Below are positions 59,862 through 64,000 of a stretch of DNA of 64,000 nt, one piece after another (the first letter of the stretch is position 1; each line of letters opens with the position of its first letter). The stretch comes from an uncultured delta proteobacterium (GTDB taxonomy: Bacteria > Desulfobacterota > Binatia > UBA9968). The translations under genes were made by a program, and so were the position numbers. The stretch lies in NCBI GenBank assembly GCA_963727625.1, contig CAVSHR010000008.1:160001-224000 (forward strand), in the 5' to 3' direction. A model generated the notes under the pieces. That model saw nothing but the letters and a program-made list of their open reading frames with translations. It made no database searches and was not told where the DNA came from.

Positions 59862-60320
59862 ATGAGTTATGACACTGGGCTCAGCATGGAAGAACGAGTG
59901 ACTTCGTTGTTCCAGCCGGACACACTTTTGCCGGATCAGTATCTCGATACCTTCCGGCGCAAGTTGCATCTCGAGCCGGAAAAGAAGCTCTTGCTGGCGA
60001 TTCTCGAAGATGCCGTGGCTTGTTATCAGAAATATCTATTCGCCCGCGATAGCAAGGGGACGGCGCTTTTTAGCGAGGCCGAAGGGTGGCTGGAACAAGC
60101 CAACGGCGAGGGCGTATTCGCGTTCGACAGTGTGTGTGAATCTCTGGGTTTGAACCCCGACTATCTCAGACGCGGCATGACCGAATGGAAAAGGGCTGCG
60201 CTCGCGCAGCACACCCAAGCAAAGGTTTATCAGCTCACAACCGGAGCGCGAAAACACAAAAGAAGCGTGCCGAGCCCGCGTAGAGCGGGACAGCGCGTGC
60301 GGCGGGCGGCCGGCCGGTAA
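59862..60320 (+). CDS. Conserved hypothetical protein
   Basis: RBS GGAGG; EKKLLLAILEDA..C and FDSVCESLGLNPDYLR motifs; basic tail. Confidence 0.75.
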   Translation: MSYDTGLSMEERVTSLFQPDTLLPDQYLDTFRRKLHLEPEKKLLLAILEDAVACYQKYLFARDSKGTALFSEAEGWLEQANGEGVFAFDSVCESLGLNPDYLRRGMTEWKRAALAQHTQAKVYQLTTGARKHKRSVPSPRRAGQRVRRAAGR

Positions 60321-60347
60321 CGCGACTCAGGGCGGTGACGACGGTCC

Positions 60348-60387
60348 ACGGCGACGACGGCAATTGACCGTCGTCGCCGTTTTATTT
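60348..60387 (+). terminator. Rho-independent terminator of the Fe-S operon
   Basis: 13-bp perfect stem ACGGCGACGACGG/CCGTCGTCGCCGT followed by TTTATTT. Confidence 0.8.
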
Positions 60388-60441
60388 CCAGGCGGTGCCC
60401 CCTCCCTTGAAAAGCTCGATAAACAAATTCATAGATTAGTA

Positions 60442-61476
60442 ATGGTTAAAAAAAAACGCGGCTCGGCGATCGGACGGTTCTTCTACAGTTTGAGATACCG
60501 GACCGGCGAGTACGCGCTGCGCGGCTTCGTCGGGGCATTGCCTTACGTACCGTACCGCTGGGTGATGCTGTTGGCGCGCTCTACGGCGCGCATTACCTTC
60601 TGGTTGCTGTGGAGCTATCGTAAACGGATGGAAGAAAACGTCGCAAACGTTTTCGCCGACGAAATACCCGAGGTAAAAGACCGGCAAGCCTTGGTCGGGC
60701 GAGCCTGGCTGAATTTTGCTCGCGGCGTGGTCGATACGACCGCAGTGATGCATTTTTCCAAGGAACGAATTCGCTCCACCGTGGCATTGGAGGGCGAGGA
60801 GCATATAAAGCGGGCACTCGAGAACGGCAAAGGAGTCCTAGCATTGAGCGCTCACTTGGGCAGTTTCACGATGATCGGCGCACGCCTGGCGGCATCGGGT
60901 TACCCGTTTAGCGTGGTGGTGAAGCAGCCAGCCGACCAGCGCTTCACAAAACTGGTCGATGATTACCGTGCGCAAATCGGCATCCACACGATTTCCGCTA
61001 AACCGCGCCGGGAAGCCGTTCGCGGCATCCTCAGGGCCTTGCGCGATAATCGCATCGTTTTGGTCATTGCCGACGAGTTCAAGTCCGGCGACGTGATGGT
61101 CGATTTCTTGGGCATGAAGGCGCCAGCGCCACGCGGACCGGCAACTCTGGCGCTGCGCACGGGGGCGGTGACCCTGCCGATGTTCGCCACCCGAAGCGCT
61201 GGCGACGCGTTGACTCTCACCGTGGGAGCGCCGATTGCGCCGATTCTGCGCGAAGACCTTGAAGCCAGTGTCGCGGCGACTACGGAGCTCTATTCGCGCC
61301 ATATCGAGGCGGCGATTCGAAGGTTTCCCGATCAATGGAATTGGCTCGGATTGCCGCGCCGCGATGGCAAGTTGTCGCGCGCGGAGATAGCGCGCAGACG
61401 CAGGGAAGCGCACCCCAAGGCGATTTCCCGCCGGCCCCGTTCAGACCAAATCGGTACCGGCACTTCTTCGCCGTAG
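60442..61476 (+). CDS. Lipid A biosynthesis acyltransferase family (LpxL/HtrB-like)
   Basis: GKGVLALSAHLG, VDFLG, GPATLALRTGA, IRRFPDQWNW. Confidence 0.85.
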   Translation: MVKKKRGSAIGRFFYSLRYRTGEYALRGFVGALPYVPYRWVMLLARSTARITFWLLWSYRKRMEENVANVFADEIPEVKDRQALVGRAWLNFARGVVDTTAVMHFSKERIRSTVALEGEEHIKRALENGKGVLALSAHLGSFTMIGARLAASGYPFSVVVKQPADQRFTKLVDDYRAQIGIHTISAKPRREAVRGILRALRDNRIVLVIADEFKSGDVMVDFLGMKAPAPRGPATLALRTGAVTLPMFATRSAGDALTLTVGAPIAPILREDLEASVAATTELYSRHIEAAIRRFPDQWNWLGLPRRDGKLSRAEIARRRREAHPKAISRRPRSDQIGTGTSSP

Positions 61477-61561
61477 CGACGCTAGTGGGTAGGAAAACAG
61501 GTTGTGTAAACGTCGACAAGCTCGACGTGAGAGGACTCGAAGAAAGCTCCTCAGCAACCTG

Positions 61562-62164
61562 CTAAAGTTTTGAATCGAAGCCCGGATTTAGAATCGTCTT
61601 TTGCTCGGTGGATTCCAAGTAGCGCATGAAGCGGTACTTATTTTCGATTTCGTCGAGCTTGAGCGCCGGCAGATTCGCCGGCTGACCCGGCTGGACTTTC
61701 ACGGCGATCAAGGTCAAGTCATTGCGCTTCCAGGCGCACGTGAACTCGGCGCGAAATTCTTCCGGCGATTGCACCCAGAGGGCGTGCTTGTAGCCGGCGC
61801 CCTTGGCGATGGCCACGGCGTCGCACTCACGCGACGCGGTGGCAGTGCCGCCCGAAGCTTCGTAGACTTCGTTGTCAAAGAGCAGGTGAATCAAGTTACC
61901 GGGACGCTGCAAGGCGATCGTCGGCAGACCGCAAAGATTCATCAGAAAGGCGCCGTCGCCGTCGATGGCGATGACTTTGCGATACGGTAAAGCGATGGCC
62001 AGACCGGCGGCAATTGACGAAACCAAGCCGAGGGTCCGGGTTTTCAAGTTGCCGTCGCTCGGGCGCACGGCCCACCACTCCCGCGCGCCCCAGCCCGTGC
62101 AAACCGCCAGCGCGTGACCGGCGTCGCCGGCGATCGCTTTCAAATAATTATAACGTTGCATCAT
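61562..62164 (-). CDS. ThDP-dependent decarboxylase beta subunit (sulfopyruvate decarboxylase ComE-like)
   Basis: IDGDGAFLMN...DNEVY ThDP-binding motif. Confidence 0.8.
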   Translation of the reverse strand: MMQRYNYLKAIAGDAGHALAVCTGWGAREWWAVRPSDGNLKTRTLGLVSSIAAGLAIALPYRKVIAIDGDGAFLMNLCGLPTIALQRPGNLIHLLFDNEVYEASGGTATASRECDAVAIAKGAGYKHALWVQSPEEFRAEFTCAWKRNDLTLIAVKVQPGQPANLPALKLDEIENKYRFMRYLESTEQKTILNPGFDSKL

Positions 62165-62673
62165 TTGACGCCCAAGACACTTTTAGTCAGCAGCACCGCC
62201 ACCGGTTTCTTCGAATCATCGGCCAAAATCTGCGCGCCGTGCAAGATTTCGTCGATTTCTTCTCGTTTGCGCAATACGTAGCTACGAAAGCCCATTGCCT
62301 GGATGACCGGTTCGGTGACCGAACCCAGCGTCGTAAAGCCGCGGTCGCCGATGTCGCCGGCGTAGTAGATCAGCATGAGAATCGGGATTTGGAACTGCAG
62401 CGAGGTCGTTGTCAGTGCGTTGCAACTGTTCAAGAAGCCGGCGTTCTGCATGATGATCGCGGTTTTTTTACCGGCCAGATATGCGCCGGCGCAGATGCCG
62501 ATGCCTTCTTCCTCTCGGCAGAGCGGTACATGTTTGAGCTCGGTGTCGCGTTCAGCCGCGCGAATCAGTTCGAGCATTTTTTCATCCGGTAAGGTTGCGA
62601 CAAAATTTATCCCGGCTTTTTTAAGTCCGGCGAGGATCGCAGCCGCCGACGTTTTCGCGGTTTGGTCTTCCAT
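62161..62673 (-). CDS. ThDP-dependent decarboxylase alpha subunit (ComD-like)
   Basis: REEEGIGICAGAYLAG, IMQNAG..N..NAL; 4-nt overlap with the beta subunit. Confidence 0.82.
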   Translation of the reverse strand: MEDQTAKTSAAAILAGLKKAGINFVATLPDEKMLELIRAAERDTELKHVPLCREEEGIGICAGAYLAGKKTAIIMQNAGFLNSCNALTTTSLQFQIPILMLIYYAGDIGDRGFTTLGSVTEPVIQAMGFRSYVLRKREEIDEILHGAQILADDSKKPVAVLLTKSVLGVK

Positions 62674-62804
62674 CAGACACCTAAATGATTCGTGTCACAC
62701 TCGGGTTTGATTGCACTTTGCCGGGGCGATCACAAGCATCATGGCTACTGCGAATGAATCCAGCTTGTCAAGTCGCGCGCTGCCGACGCGGCCCGAATAC
62801 TCTC

Positions 62805-62832
62805 TTGACACTCGGAGAGCAAGCCCTATAGT
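62805..62832 (+). promoter_or_regulatory. Sigma70 promoter of the gcvH-like gene
   Basis: TTGACA-N16-TATAGT. Confidence 0.6.
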
Positions 62833-62848
62833 GAACCGAAAAAGCGTT

Positions 62849-63235
62849 ATGACGGAAACAGACGTAAAGGTCAGCGCCCAACATGTCTGGGTCGGCGGCG
62901 AGGACCGTTGTGTTCATTTGGGTCTCACCAATTACGTGCAAGCGGCCCTCGGCACGGTAATATCCATGGAGCTCCCCGATGTGGGGGATCAAGTCGAAGA
63001 GGGCGAGATCTTCGCCGAAATCGAATCGGTGTCCACGGTTCATGAGTTCGTTTCGCCCGTATCGGGCAAAGTACTCGCCGTCAACCCGCAGTTGGAGAGC
63101 AATCCCTCGATCATCAATGAGGATCCTTACAGTGAAGGTTGGCTGGTCGAAGTGCGCTTGAAAAATGAGTCTGAACTCGACGCGCTCATGGGCATGGACG
63201 AGTACTACCATTTTGTTTTTAAAGATAAAGCTTAA
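62849..63235 (+). CDS. Glycine cleavage H-protein homologue lacking the lipoyl lysine
   Basis: HVWV, GLTNY.Q..LG, ELP.VG, SPVSG.V..VN, IN.DPY.EGW; ESVS where ESVK is expected. Confidence 0.85.
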   Translation: MTETDVKVSAQHVWVGGEDRCVHLGLTNYVQAALGTVISMELPDVGDQVEEGEIFAEIESVSTVHEFVSPVSGKVLAVNPQLESNPSIINEDPYSEGWLVEVRLKNESELDALMGMDEYYHFVFKDKA

Positions 63236-63968
63236 ATCGTCAGCAATTGCCCGGGCTTTTTTCCTTTCACTGCAAATTGCCGCGCTCGTGCATGGCGCGC
63301 AAGACGATCCGCGCCGGGGAGAAGGGGCCGACAAATTCCTTGCAGCGCGCCGGGTTATGGTCGAGCGCCAAATGCGCTGGCGCGGCATCAAGGACGAAAA
63401 AGTCTTGGCGGCGATGCAAGCGCTGCCACGCCACTTGTTCGTGCCCGAGCCCATGCGCGCATTCGCTTATGATGACCGGCCGCTGCCAATTGGCTCGAGC
63501 CAGACGATCTCGCAACCTTACCTTGTGGCTTTTATGACCGAGCTGCTGGAATTGCAACCGACGGATAACGTTCTCGAAATCGGCACCGGCTCGGGCTATC
63601 AAACGGCGGTTTTGGCGCAACTAGTCGCGGTGGTATACTCGATCGAAATCTTGCCGGCGCTCGGCGCTGGCGCCAAAAAAATCCTCGCTTCCCTTGGCTA
63701 CCAAAACGTCGAGTTCAAGATCGGCGACGGATTTTACGGATGGCCGAAACGCGCCCCGTTCGATGCCATCCTGCTGACGGCCGCCGCCCCGAAAATACCC
63801 GAGCCACTCTGGCGCCAGTTGCGCGAAGGCGGGCGCCTGGTAATGCCCCTCGGCGAAGAACGGCAGACGCAGACATTGATCCGTGCCAGAAAGGTGGCGG
63901 GTGAGCCTGTCATCGAGGATTTCAGCGAGGTTCTTTTCGTGCCGTTGCGGGGCGCGATGCAGAAGTAG
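63213..63968 (+). CDS. pcm: Protein-L-isoaspartate O-methyltransferase (start uncertain)
   Basis: PRHLFVP, AY.D.PLPIG..QTISQP, VLEIGTGSGYQ, APFDAI, VLFVPL. Confidence 0.93.
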   Translation: MFLKIKLKSSAIARAFFLSLQIAALVHGAQDDPRRGEGADKFLAARRVMVERQMRWRGIKDEKVLAAMQALPRHLFVPEPMRAFAYDDRPLPIGSSQTISQPYLVAFMTELLELQPTDNVLEIGTGSGYQTAVLAQLVAVVYSIEILPALGAGAKKILASLGYQNVEFKIGDGFYGWPKRAPFDAILLTAAAPKIPEPLWRQLREGGRLVMPLGEERQTQTLIRARKVAGEPVIEDFSEVLFVPLRGAMQK

Positions 63969-64000
63969 ATTGGTTTAAATCTTGGCGCGCCGCACCGCGC

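Overview
GC-rich bacterial chromosomal segment. Gene style suggests a deltaproteobacterium-like lineage such as Candidatus Binatia (inference only). It carries about 60 genes and I found no rRNA, tRNA, CRISPR array, integrase or transposase. Core genes: glyQS, lgt, gloA, nth, mfd-surA-pdxA-PMM/PGM-uvrA, an Mla/MCE-like lipid transport cluster, an LpxL-like acyltransferase and pcm. Points of interest: (1) a probable ribosome-arrest leader peptide (signal anchor, HHH/CxCxH, C-terminal RGPP) with an anti-SD and hairpin, in front of a metal uptake operon (outer-membrane barrel, ZnuA/C/B-like ABC with a fused lipoprotein domain, ZIP, M16 peptidase); (2) a single-pass TIR-TM-(Ig-like)2-TPR receptor-like protein facing a TPR lipoprotein; (3) an ECF sigma/anti-sigma operon with a Met-rich small protein resembling the anti-sigma tail, plus DUF3106-DUF1800-DUF1501; (4) a hybrid Fe-S operon iscS-iscA-sufB-nifS-rrf2 with an IscR-like box but no sufC, sufD or U scaffold; (5) a GcvH-like protein without the lipoyl lysine; (6) a UvrA without the insertion domain. 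Two frameshifted genes and two possible non-canonical starts may be sequencing errors. All annotations come from motif recognition by eye, with no database search.
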